44,563 nt of DNA, from positions 1-44,563 of the forward strand of contig JAHFQF010000001.1 of assembly GCA_023266435.1 (NCBI GenBank). The letters are read 5' to 3'. Positions within the stretch are counted from its first letter, which is position 1. Every line of letters begins with the position of its first letter. The notes under the pieces were generated by a model. That model made no database searches, was not told the DNA's origin, and worked only from the letters and a program-made list of their open reading frames with translations. Origin of the DNA: Legionellales bacterium. GTDB taxonomy: Bacteria; Pseudomonadota; Gammaproteobacteria; Berkiellales; Berkiellaceae. Both the position numbers and the translations under genes were made by a program. Shown piece after piece: positions 8,986-17,626 of the stretch.

Positions 8986-9795
8986 ATGGGCGGTGATTAT
9001 TTTTGGATACGTTTCGAAGACGTCTCCATTAAAGCACGAATCAGTGCCAGAGCAAAATACTTACAACTGCTGGTATCCACAGAAGGGATTTTAGAGCTCG
9101 TCCAGCCTTTAAGCTGTAAAGCGGAACAAGCCCAACAATTCCTGCGCGCTCAAACCGATTGGATCAAACGGCAGGCGCATAAACTGGCTACCCTTCGTCA
9201 AGCCAGTATCTATACTTGGCCAAAAATTGAATCTGGTGTATTTTTACCCTTTTTAGGCCAGGCTAACAGGCTATCCCTAGAGATAAACAGCACAATCCGC
9301 GCTCCTGTTATTCATCACTGTTCCACTACCAACCAGATACGGCTGCAAGTGAGAAATCCTCACACCCACTACGACAAAATTTTGATCAAATGGTTAAAAA
9401 ACGCTGCTTTAGAGCAGGTGACACAGGGGGTTGCAGACTATGGGCTGATCTTAAAACGTTTACCCACACGCATTCAGGTGAAGCAATATAGGCGACGCTG
9501 GGGTAGTTTAAGCTCAAATAATGATCTTTCGGTGCATTGGCGGTTGATTTTCGCCCCTGCATCCGTGTTAAAGTACGTAGTGTTACATGAAATGTGCCAC
9601 CTTTTTTATCGCAATCATGGACAACGTTTTTATCAGCTGCTGGCCAAACATATGCCAGAATACCGGGATGAAGAGGCCTGGTTACGTAACCAAGGGTTTC
9701 TACTGAATTTTCCGATATTACCAACTCAAATTCATGTGAAAAACCAGCACTCCAATGGGGACTGGCTTAGCAAAACATACGGAATAGAAGGCTAA
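8986..9795 (+). CDS. YgjP-like M48/DUF45 zinc metallopeptidase-fold protein
   Basis: C-terminal 'VVLHEMCHLFYRNHGQRFYQLL' (HExxH plus downstream helix) is the DUF45/YgjP signature. It is divergent from dam across a 50-bp gap and lies 9 nt upstream of the next MFS gene. Confidence 0.8.
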   Translation: MGGDYFWIRFEDVSIKARISARAKYLQLLVSTEGILELVQPLSCKAEQAQQFLRAQTDWIKRQAHKLATLRQASIYTWPKIESGVFLPFLGQANRLSLEINSTIRAPVIHHCSTTNQIRLQVRNPHTHYDKILIKWLKNAALEQVTQGVADYGLILKRLPTRIQVKQYRRRWGSLSSNNDLSVHWRLIFAPASVLKYVVLHEMCHLFYRNHGQRFYQLLAKHMPEYRDEEAWLRNQGFLLNFPILPTQIHVKNQHSNGDWLSKTYGIEG

Positions 9796-9804
9796 AAATA
9801 GAAT

Positions 9805-11025
9805 ATGTCCAAGTACTGGGTATTAGCGCTAACGATTTTGCTACTGATGGTGATGCAATTTAGTTCTGATCTGTCTTTGCCCTCGTTTCCCGCGATGCAA
9901 GCGGACTTAGGTGTTTCTGCTAGTGATATTCAACTAACCACCCTTTATTCTATTATCTGTTTTGGTGTGAGCCTGTTTATTTGGGGACCCTGCTCTGACT
10001 GCTTTGGGAGAAGACCTGTCGCATTGGTGGGACTCTTGGTTTTCATTGCAGGCTGTGGCTTCTGTATCCGCTCTACCAATTGGCTTGCCCTGATGCTTGG
10101 CCGCTGTCTTCAAGGTGTTGGCATTGGCAGTGCTGGAGCGCTCTCTCCGGCCATCCCTAAAGATGTATTTTCTGGTAAAAAGTTAGTGCGCGCCTTTGCG
10201 TTACTGTCAATGTCCATGGGGTTATTCCCGATTATTGCACAGATCTCCGGGGGATATTTACAAGCCACCTTTGGCTGGCGCAGCAGCTTCTTCTTTCTCG
10301 CAGGGCTAGGTGTATTGGTTTTCATTTTATTTTGGCGGACTTTCCCTGAAACCAACACCTATGCAACTGAAGCACGCAAACAATTTAATATAAAAACCAT
10401 GCTGAAACAATCCGCAGCGGTATTAAAAGATCTGCCGTTTGGCGGATATGTGTTGTGCTTAACCCTGGTCTATGCGGGAGAAATCGCTTATAGCATCGTT
10501 GCTCCTTTTATTATCCAAAATCAGCTTGGCTTAAACCCTATCCAACATGGCTGGCTATCCTTTTTCACTGGTGGTGGATTATTAGTAGGCGCAGGGGTCT
10601 CCGCTAAACTCAGCGATAAAGTAAACATTCATCATTTGATTAGTATGGGGATTGGTCTCATGTTAATCAGCGTAGTTAGCATGGTTTCTTTTGTGCAGTT
10701 AGAATATTATTTTGTACAAACAGTTGTTGGCCCCATGACTATATATATGATTGGAGCCGGCATGTTATATCCAAACTGCATCGCAGGAATTATGGATAGA
10801 TTTCCACAACAATCCGGCATTGTCGGGGCGCTTATGAGTGCACTACAGATGATAGGCGCTGGCTTATTTAACACAGCCGTGACTTTCTATCACATTGATC
10901 AACAAAAGCCGTTATCCTTTTTGCTTTGTGCAATAGTCTGCCTTACCTTCTTAAGTTTTTATGCGGCCATCTTACGACCACGCATTGTATTTGCTAAAGC
11001 GCAAGCGTATCAATCATCGTTTTGA
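9805..11025 (+). CDS. MFS transporter, Bcr/CflA-like drug-efflux subfamily
   Basis: 406 aa with about 12 TM segments and the MFS loop 2-3 motif 'GPCSDCFGRRPV'. Confidence 0.85.
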   Translation: MSKYWVLALTILLLMVMQFSSDLSLPSFPAMQADLGVSASDIQLTTLYSIICFGVSLFIWGPCSDCFGRRPVALVGLLVFIAGCGFCIRSTNWLALMLGRCLQGVGIGSAGALSPAIPKDVFSGKKLVRAFALLSMSMGLFPIIAQISGGYLQATFGWRSSFFFLAGLGVLVFILFWRTFPETNTYATEARKQFNIKTMLKQSAAVLKDLPFGGYVLCLTLVYAGEIAYSIVAPFIIQNQLGLNPIQHGWLSFFTGGGLLVGAGVSAKLSDKVNIHHLISMGIGLMLISVVSMVSFVQLEYYFVQTVVGPMTIYMIGAGMLYPNCIAGIMDRFPQQSGIVGALMSALQMIGAGLFNTAVTFYHIDQQKPLSFLLCAIVCLTFLSFYAAILRPRIVFAKAQAYQSSF

Positions 11026-11893
11026 TTAGAGTCACGGACGCTTGAATCTGTGGAAGTTGAGATGCCATGTGCTGCAGTGGTATCAAAAAAGAATGTGCTT
11101 CAAAGGCCAAACGCATTCGCGGTAATACAATAAAAAGCTCATTATCAAAAAAACTCAGCGAAAGGGGCTGTTGAGCAGCAAGCTGCGTAATTCTCTCAAT
11201 CAGTGCTGGCTGAAGTAACTTTCTACTCATCACCTGATCGACACCTCGCACATAAAATGTTTGATTAAATTCTGGTGAAAGTGTTTTAATCGCCTCTATC
11301 GGTGTCTGTTGATAGATATTGGGTAATCGCAAGTACTGCATGTTTTGATGCAGAATCATTAAAGGGGTGCCTGGAAACGGCCGATTAAACCTGGCTTCAA
11401 TGACAATCCCCAAAAAACGCTGCCCAGGCAGTATGATAGGCCTTTCATTAGCGACCCTTGAAGGAAAAGGTTGTAACTCAATATCACTGAAACGGAGCTG
11501 CACATTTTGATACTGACAACAAACCAGATTTGATCCACTTAAAAGCGTGCTTTCCAGAAAAAAACCGCTCTTAATGACACTGTTGTGTGGCAAGTGCTTA
11601 TCAAACTCAAACGAGGTCTCCGGCAGAATGTGGTGTATCACCGTGGATACAAATTGATGCTTGTATGCTCGCACAAATTTTTTTTGCTGATAACGGTATA
11701 AAATACTGATCAAATAAATAAAGAGGCAACCGGCCATAACAGCAACGTGGTATACCGGCAATCTAGGATTTAAATGGTTGGTGAGAAAAAAAACGCCTAC
11801 TAACAGGAGGAGCAGCTGTAGAAAAAAGTGCTGTTGTATACTACTTTGAATTCGTTTTAGTGCTGCATACTCCTGTATCGCGTCATCAGACAT
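10994..11893 (-). CDS. membrane protein, DUF3137-like, partner of LemA
   Basis: 299 aa with two N-terminal TM helices followed by a soluble domain. The start lies 6 nt after the lemA stop. The DUF3137 assignment is from memory of that family's layout and its frequent lemA linkage, not from a search. Confidence 0.6.
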   Translation of the reverse strand: MSDDAIQEYAALKRIQSSIQQHFFLQLLLLLVGVFFLTNHLNPRLPVYHVAVMAGCLFIYLISILYRYQQKKFVRAYKHQFVSTVIHHILPETSFEFDKHLPHNSVIKSGFFLESTLLSGSNLVCCQYQNVQLRFSDIELQPFPSRVANERPIILPGQRFLGIVIEARFNRPFPGTPLMILHQNMQYLRLPNIYQQTPIEAIKTLSPEFNQTFYVRGVDQVMSRKLLQPALIERITQLAAQQPLSLSFFDNELFIVLPRMRLAFEAHSFLIPLQHMASQLPQIQASVTLIKTMIDTLAL

Positions 11894-11899
11894 TGGCGA

Positions 11900-12487
11900 T
11901 TACTTTAAGTAATCGTTGGCATTAGGTGCAGCCTGAATGGCGGCCGATTGCCCATCTTGGTAGTAAGGCATTTTTTCTGCCTTGGCGAGAGGTGCGACTA
12001 AGTTGCCGGGGAATATTTCAACCGCATTATTTAAATCTTGAGCGGCGACATTATAAAAACGGCGTGCAGCTGAAATATTGTCTTCTACATCTTGGTACTG
12101 TTGCAAAGCGGCGATAACTGTTTCGTTGGCTTTGAGCTCAGGATAATCCTCTACAGCAACGTTGATTGCGCGCATTTTTTCAGAAATCAAGGCGTCTAAA
12201 TCAAATAGTGTTTGTGTGTCTGCGGGCGTTTTGGAGGCTGTGTGTTGCGAAGCTTTGGTGCGCAGATCGGTGACCTCCTCAAACAGCCCTCGCTCATGTA
12301 CCAAATACTTCTGGACCAAGCGTAAAACATTGGGGATTAAATCGTATCTGTTTCGCAACTGAATCTCGATGGCAGAAAGCGCAGCCTCTGCTTGGTTGCG
12401 ATAGCGAATTAAGTTCGCATACAAAAAATAGAAATAAATCACCAGCAGTGACAGTACTGCAAGTAAAAACAACAAAAATGAGCTCAT
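11900..12487 (-). CDS. lemA: LemA family protein
   Basis: Single N-terminal TM helix, then 'LIRYRNQAEAALSAIEIQLRNRYDLIPNVL' and 'RRFYNVAAQDLNNAVEIFPGNLVA', which are typical LemA blocks. Confidence 0.88.
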   Translation of the reverse strand: MSSFLLFLLAVLSLLVIYFYFLYANLIRYRNQAEAALSAIEIQLRNRYDLIPNVLRLVQKYLVHERGLFEEVTDLRTKASQHTASKTPADTQTLFDLDALISEKMRAINVAVEDYPELKANETVIAALQQYQDVEDNISAARRFYNVAAQDLNNAVEIFPGNLVAPLAKAEKMPYYQDGQSAAIQAAPNANDYLK

Positions 12488-12566
12488 CGAAAAAACCCAA
12501 CTAAAAAAGGTAGTTCAATTATAGAATGGAAGCTCACCCTTTGCCAAGGCAGCTCCAGCGTTGATG

Positions 12567-13745
12567 TTATGCCTCTCGAAGCTCTGCACCTAAGCGCTTG
12601 TCTTTCTTCATTAAAACCATAATGAAAATGAAAGCGATACAATCCATGACAACAACTAAAATGCCTGTCGATCTAAAATCATTGCTATAAAAATAAGATG
12701 CCATCTGTACGCCAAAGATAGTAAAGACCCATTTGCCAATTTGAAGCATGGCGGACATTTTTCCACCCGCATTTGGCAAAGCACCTAGCGCCAAGATATA
12801 TAATAAATTCAAGGGCACAACATAACCCACAGTGCTGATTAGCATAATCATGGTAATCAGGAGCGGATCTTTAATATTCAATAAAATAGCCAAAACAATG
12901 AGCACATAAAAAATAATAATGATTGCCAAGCTACCAAAAAATGCTTTTCTGTTACCAATTTTTTTTACAATGCTGCCGCTGAACAAACTTAAGACACCAA
13001 AAACAAAGGCCATTGCTCCTTGATAGAGCCCAAAGTGTTGTAAGCTCACACCCAGTGAATCCACATACACAATAGAGCCCATCCCTACAAACACATAATA
13101 CGCCGCGATACTTAGAGAAACGCACATTAGATAGGCGCAAGCCATTTTGGATTTAAATACGGAAAAGTATTCAGTTACAGACAGAGAAACGTGAGGATTA
13201 TTTTGTTTGTCATGCGGCAAGAAGTAATAGGAAAACCCTAGCGACACGATCCCTAACACGACAAGTAATATAAAGTTTGAGCGCCATCCAAACAGCATGG
13301 TAGCGTAGCTGCCTAACAGTGGTGCAAAAGAAATACCCAATGTGCACACGCCATTGCCGATGTTCATTTTTCGTTGCTGTTCTTGCCCTTGATAGAGATC
13401 TAATATGATGAGCGGACCTAATACCAAGGGAGCAGCTGCACCAACGCCCTGTAATATGCGGCCTAACAATACGATAATAAAACTGTTGCCTATTGCAGAC
13501 AATGCGCTGCCTACAATAAAAGTCCATGTGGAAGCGAGAATAATCTGTTTCTTGCCATATTTATCGCCCAAGTTGCCCATAAATAAAGCAGAAATAGCGT
13601 TGGCTAACAAATTAAAGCTCAGCAGAAACTCTGTTTGAAAAGGAGACAGAGAAAATACATCGTTAATCACGGGAAAACTAGAGACGCAAATATCGATCTC
13701 AGCAGCTGCCACAAAAATGGCAATGATTACACTAAAAAAAATCAT
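12567..13745 (-). CDS. MFS transporter, Bcr/CflA-like
   Basis: 392 aa with about 12 TM segments and the loop motif 'MGNLGDKYGKKQ'. It is a distant paralogue of the transporter at 9805-11025. Confidence 0.82.
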   Translation of the reverse strand: MIFFSVIIAIFVAAAEIDICVSSFPVINDVFSLSPFQTEFLLSFNLLANAISALFMGNLGDKYGKKQIILASTWTFIVGSALSAIGNSFIIVLLGRILQGVGAAAPLVLGPLIILDLYQGQEQQRKMNIGNGVCTLGISFAPLLGSYATMLFGWRSNFILLVVLGIVSLGFSYYFLPHDKQNNPHVSLSVTEYFSVFKSKMACAYLMCVSLSIAAYYVFVGMGSIVYVDSLGVSLQHFGLYQGAMAFVFGVLSLFSGSIVKKIGNRKAFFGSLAIIIIFYVLIVLAILLNIKDPLLITMIMLISTVGYVVPLNLLYILALGALPNAGGKMSAMLQIGKWVFTIFGVQMASYFYSNDFRSTGILVVVMDCIAFIFIMVLMKKDKRLGAELREA

Positions 13746-13798
13746 AATTATATTATCTTAATTCACAGTCATTTAACTTGTTTTTCCAATGGTTATAA

Positions 13799-13972
13799 TG
13801 ACGATGACAACAACGCATAAAAATTAATTGCGCAGCACCTGATACTCAAAGCAATTTGTTTTTAGGCTAGGCGTTGAGTCATGAGCAACCCGGAGTGTAT
13901 AAGTTATACATGAGGATTGCGAGTGACGATAACAACAACGCATAAAAATTAATTGCGAAGAGTATCAAGGGG
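13799..13972. repeat. hairpin-forming extragenic repeat, copy B, overlapping the 3' end of uvrD
   Basis: Core 13867-13923 matches copy A. A 34-nt direct repeat with one mismatch (tgacgat[g/a]acaacaacgcataaaaattaattgcg) lies at 13799-13832 and 13924-13957. The arms 13836-13863 and 13944-13972 are imperfectly complementary (about 23 of 29 positions). Confidence 0.75.
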
Positions 13973-16123
13973 TTTTAAGTTGGCATAGGATAGCACCAGC
14001 CACTTACACCCCGCTTGTTTAAATTGTATTTGTATTCTGAGGGATTCACCCTGTCCTTCTTGATTTAAGACCATGCCTTCACCGAACTTTGCGTGACTGA
14101 CCCAGGAGCCTATTGCGAATGGGTTGTTACTTTTGGGTGTGGATGTATTTACCCTGATGTTTTGCGTGGCGGCTGGTTCGCTTACATTGATTTTATTTAA
14201 TAAGGCGGAGGGAATCTCTTGTACAAAACGGGACAGGCGCGTGGGCGCGGAGTAGCTTCCATATCCTCTACGTAATGCATAACTTAATGTGAGACGGTTC
14301 ATGGCTCTTGTAATGCCTACGTAACACAAGCGGCGCTCTTCTTCTAGTTTCTTTTTATCTTGCATTGAATGGCGGCTAGGAAATAACCCCTCTTCTAGTC
14401 CGGCGATAAAGACGGTCTTGAACTCTAGGCCTTTGGCCGAATGCAGCGTCATTAATTGTACTACGGAGCTTGGTTGATCGCCTATTTCACTGCCTGCTTC
14501 GAGCGCGCAGTCTGATAAAAACTGTGTGAGTATGGCGCTTGGATCGGCCTCTACTTGCTCTTGATATTGTTGGCACGCGATTAAAAGCTCTTGCAAGTTC
14601 TCTGCTTTGGACTCTGATTTTTCACTGGCTTGAAGTTGATAATAATCCAGCAAACCGCTTTGCTGGTACAGAAACTCTAACAACCTGGGTAGACTATAGG
14701 ACTGCTGGGCGACGCGCACGGATTCTATCATACCCAAGAATTGTGTGAGTTGTGCAACAGCTTTGGAGCCTTTGGTTGTTTCTATATAGTAGGCGGCGGC
14801 CTCCCATAAGCTGATCTGCTGTGTTTGTGCAATTTCTCTGATTTTCTCGACTGTACGCTCACCGATGCCGCGTGGTGGAGTATTGATCACTCGCTCAAAA
14901 GCGGGATCATCTGCCTGATGTCTCACTAATCTTAAATAGGCTAACGCATCTTTGATTTCTGAGCGCTCAAAAAATCGCATACCACCATATACTCGATAAG
15001 GTATATCGTATTGCCGTAGTAATTGCTCTAGAATTCGAGATTGCGCATTGGAGCGATATAATACGGCGATATCTTGTGCATCATGCCCTTGTCGCAAGGC
15101 CTGTTGAATTTGCGTTACAATAAAACGAGCCTCATCATTTTCGTTAAACGCACCGTATACTTGAATTTTTTCTTTACCTTCACTCTCAGTCCACAGCTCT
15201 TTACCTAAACGCCCTTCATTTTGCGAGATCAGTTGATTGGCTGCGCTGAGAATGACTTTGGTTGAACGGTAATTTTGCTCTAAACGCACCACCTCTACGT
15301 TATGATAATCTTGCGTAAACTGATGAATGTTCTCAATTTTAGCGCCACGCCATCCATAAATGGATTGATCGTCGTCTCCTACCACAGTAATGGCGTTGTT
15401 CGTATGTATTAATTGCTTGAGCCATAGGTACTGGATGGTGTTTGTATCTTGAAACTCATCGACCAAGACATGTTTAAAACGCTGTTGATAATGCGCCAAG
15501 ATATCAGGGTGTTGTTGCCACAAATCATACGCTCTGAGCAATAGCTCAGAAAAATCCAATAGCCCCTGCCTAAAACACATGGCCTCATATTGTTGATAGA
15601 TGGCTTGTAATATTTGGCTTTCATGCGTAGTGACTACGCATTGGTTCGCACGCCGCGCCTCTTCTTTATTACGACTGATAAAATACGATACCTTTTTTGC
15701 TGGCATGCTTTCTTCATCAAAACCTTGCTGCTTAACAATTTGCTTAATGAGACGCAGCTGATCTTCACTGTCAATGATTTGAAAATTATCGGGCAGATTG
15801 GCTTCTTGACTGTGGTAGCGCAGTAAGCGATGTGCAATCGCGTGAAAAGTCCCGACCCACAGAGAGCGCGGGTCCACTTGGATCAATTGGCTTAAACGAT
15901 GCTGCATCTCTTTGGCGGCTTTATTGGTAAAGGTGACTGCCAAGATCTCACTTGGTAGCAACCCTTTTTGCTGCACATACCAGGCCATACGATGCACCAA
16001 TGCCCTGGTTTTTCCACTACCAGCACCCGCTAAAATCAATAGCCGGGGGTTGTCTGTAGTCACCGCCTTGCATTGCGCCTCATTCAATGATTGTAACAAA
16101 CTAGAGGCAGGCATATTATCCAT
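13949..16123 (-). CDS. uvrD: DNA helicase II (UvrD)
   Basis: SF1 helicase motifs are present: 'LAGAGSGKTRALVHR', 'VDEFQDTN', 'VVGDDDQSIYGWRGA', 'TLHSAKGLEF' and 'YVGITRA'. A UvrD-type C-terminal 'HAKFGEGMV...KWLVLSYANL' domain follows. Confidence 0.93.
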   Translation of the reverse strand: MDNMPASSLLQSLNEAQCKAVTTDNPRLLILAGAGSGKTRALVHRMAWYVQQKGLLPSEILAVTFTNKAAKEMQHRLSQLIQVDPRSLWVGTFHAIAHRLLRYHSQEANLPDNFQIIDSEDQLRLIKQIVKQQGFDEESMPAKKVSYFISRNKEEARRANQCVVTTHESQILQAIYQQYEAMCFRQGLLDFSELLLRAYDLWQQHPDILAHYQQRFKHVLVDEFQDTNTIQYLWLKQLIHTNNAITVVGDDDQSIYGWRGAKIENIHQFTQDYHNVEVVRLEQNYRSTKVILSAANQLISQNEGRLGKELWTESEGKEKIQVYGAFNENDEARFIVTQIQQALRQGHDAQDIAVLYRSNAQSRILEQLLRQYDIPYRVYGGMRFFERSEIKDALAYLRLVRHQADDPAFERVINTPPRGIGERTVEKIREIAQTQQISLWEAAAYYIETTKGSKAVAQLTQFLGMIESVRVAQQSYSLPRLLEFLYQQSGLLDYYQLQASEKSESKAENLQELLIACQQYQEQVEADPSAILTQFLSDCALEAGSEIGDQPSSVVQLMTLHSAKGLEFKTVFIAGLEEGLFPSRHSMQDKKKLEEERRLCYVGITRAMNRLTLSYALRRGYGSYSAPTRLSRFVQEIPSALLNKINVSEPAATQNIRVNTSTPKSNNPFAIGSWVSHAKFGEGMVLNQEGQGESLRIQIQFKQAGCKWLVLSYANLKPLDTLRN

Positions 16124-16127
16124 TCAT

Positions 16128-17399
16128 TCATCCATTTTTGGGGAAACTTTCTTTGATTCCTGGGATGATACAGCAAGCACTTAGGATATAAAATAACAGT
16201 AGTGGGAAAAGCGCGAATAAATACGCTTGTTTGTCATATAGCTTTACACCCTCAACGACGGTACTGCCATCAAAGTATTGCAGCAAAAAGCCGACCCCAC
16301 TGGTCAGTAAAAAGGATCCTACCATCGATGCAAAGTTGACGAACCCGACGGCTGTACCCACATAAATGGGATCTACGCGATCTCGGATCACAACAAATGC
16401 TAAAACATAGGAGGATAGAAATCCATAAGAGAAACAAAGCGCATTTGCTTGTACAGGGGTCAGTGTTGTCATAAACAAAATACCTGCCAGACTGATGGCG
16501 GCGCCCACACTGCCAACTAACATCAATATTTTGCGCGCCTGTATAACACCGGACACCCATCCGATGAGCGGACTACCACAGGCCATCCCAATAAAGATCA
16601 TGGAGGTTGCGGTGTTGGCAGCTTTTAAGTCAAAGCCCAGCCCTTGAACAAAATAAGGCACGCCCCACATACCTCCGAACGCATCAGTAGGTCCTGTGAT
16701 GAGAAATGCATAAATTGCTACTAACCAATTTTGTTTTTGTCGCACGATTTGTTTGAGCGAGACCCAGAGAGGCAAAGAGGAGTCTGCAGCCAATTCTGGT
16801 CGACGCGGATTATGATCACGAATGATAAGCCATGCGAGTAAAGCGAGCACTAAACCAAAAATCCCCAGACCCCACATGATTTCTCGCCAAACATAATTAT
16901 CAAGCAAGCTTGCAATAGGCCGCTGCCCTACAACCGCCCCCAACGTCCCTAATGTCAGTGTTAATCCCGTTGCGATAGGAAAATAGCGCGCAGGCAACCA
17001 GAGCGTGATCACCTTCATACAACAAATAAACGCAAACGCTGATCCTGCGCCAATCAATAAACGTGCAATACAGACCCAAAAGTAGATTTCTGTGCGCGCA
17101 AAAATGAGCGTACTAATCGCACACAAAAAAATGGCTATGGTTAATAGCCGTCTAGGGCCGACTTTATCAACCCAGGCACCAACAGGCACCTGTAATAGCG
17201 CATAGGAAAAAAGATAGCTACTCGATAAAATCGCCAACGCAGGCGCATCAATCGAAAAGTCTTTCATTAAATAGCTAAAGAGAGGCGCGGGCAGTACACG
17301 TAACATGAACTCATAGAGATAAAATAACGTCGCAACCACCAACATTAAGATAATCCAGCCATTTTTCGGGTGGACAGCAGTTTTCACCTTTTTAGACAT
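16128..17399 (-). CDS. MFS transporter
   Basis: About 12 TM segments. I prefer the ATG at 17399 (MSKKVKTAVHPKNGWIILML...) because the first TM helix follows immediately. The track ORF starts 35 codons upstream at 17504. The stop lies 4 nt before the uvrD start. Confidence 0.8.
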   Translation of the reverse strand: MSKKVKTAVHPKNGWIILMLVVATLFYLYEFMLRVLPAPLFSYLMKDFSIDAPALAILSSSYLFSYALLQVPVGAWVDKVGPRRLLTIAIFLCAISTLIFARTEIYFWVCIARLLIGAGSAFAFICCMKVITLWLPARYFPIATGLTLTLGTLGAVVGQRPIASLLDNYVWREIMWGLGIFGLVLALLAWLIIRDHNPRRPELAADSSLPLWVSLKQIVRQKQNWLVAIYAFLITGPTDAFGGMWGVPYFVQGLGFDLKAANTATSMIFIGMACGSPLIGWVSGVIQARKILMLVGSVGAAISLAGILFMTTLTPVQANALCFSYGFLSSYVLAFVVIRDRVDPIYVGTAVGFVNFASMVGSFLLTSGVGFLLQYFDGSTVVEGVKLYDKQAYLFALFPLLLFYILSACCIIPGIKESFPKNG

Positions 17400-17565
17400 A
17401 CATACACTCAATCCATGGGTTAGGAGGTTAAAAAGCGATTTTAATAGAGAAAACAGCAGTCTATCGTACTTACTCCCCCTTATCAATGATTTGTCATTCA
17501 GCAAACTCCTGGCGTTTCAGCGGACAGTGGTTTATCCTCAAGATCGCTCGTTTAAGTAAAGGATG

Positions 17566-17593
17566 GTTAGATTTTTAGCTCAAAAATCCTAAC
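17566..17593. promoter_or_regulatory. imperfect palindrome upstream of hmgA (possible operator)
   Basis: GTTAGATTTTT-agctc-AAAAATCCTAAC, with 11/12-nt arms differing by one indel. It ends 33 nt before the hmgA ATG. Function is inferred only. Confidence 0.3.
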
Positions 17594-17626
17594 AAAAATC
17601 TCTTAGAGAACCAAGGATGGATATCC

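Noticed and set aside
13635-13820. 61-aa plus-strand ORF upstream of the repeat copy B
   Set aside because: It starts antisense within the MFS gene and ends in the AT-rich spacer. It has no SD and no motif.
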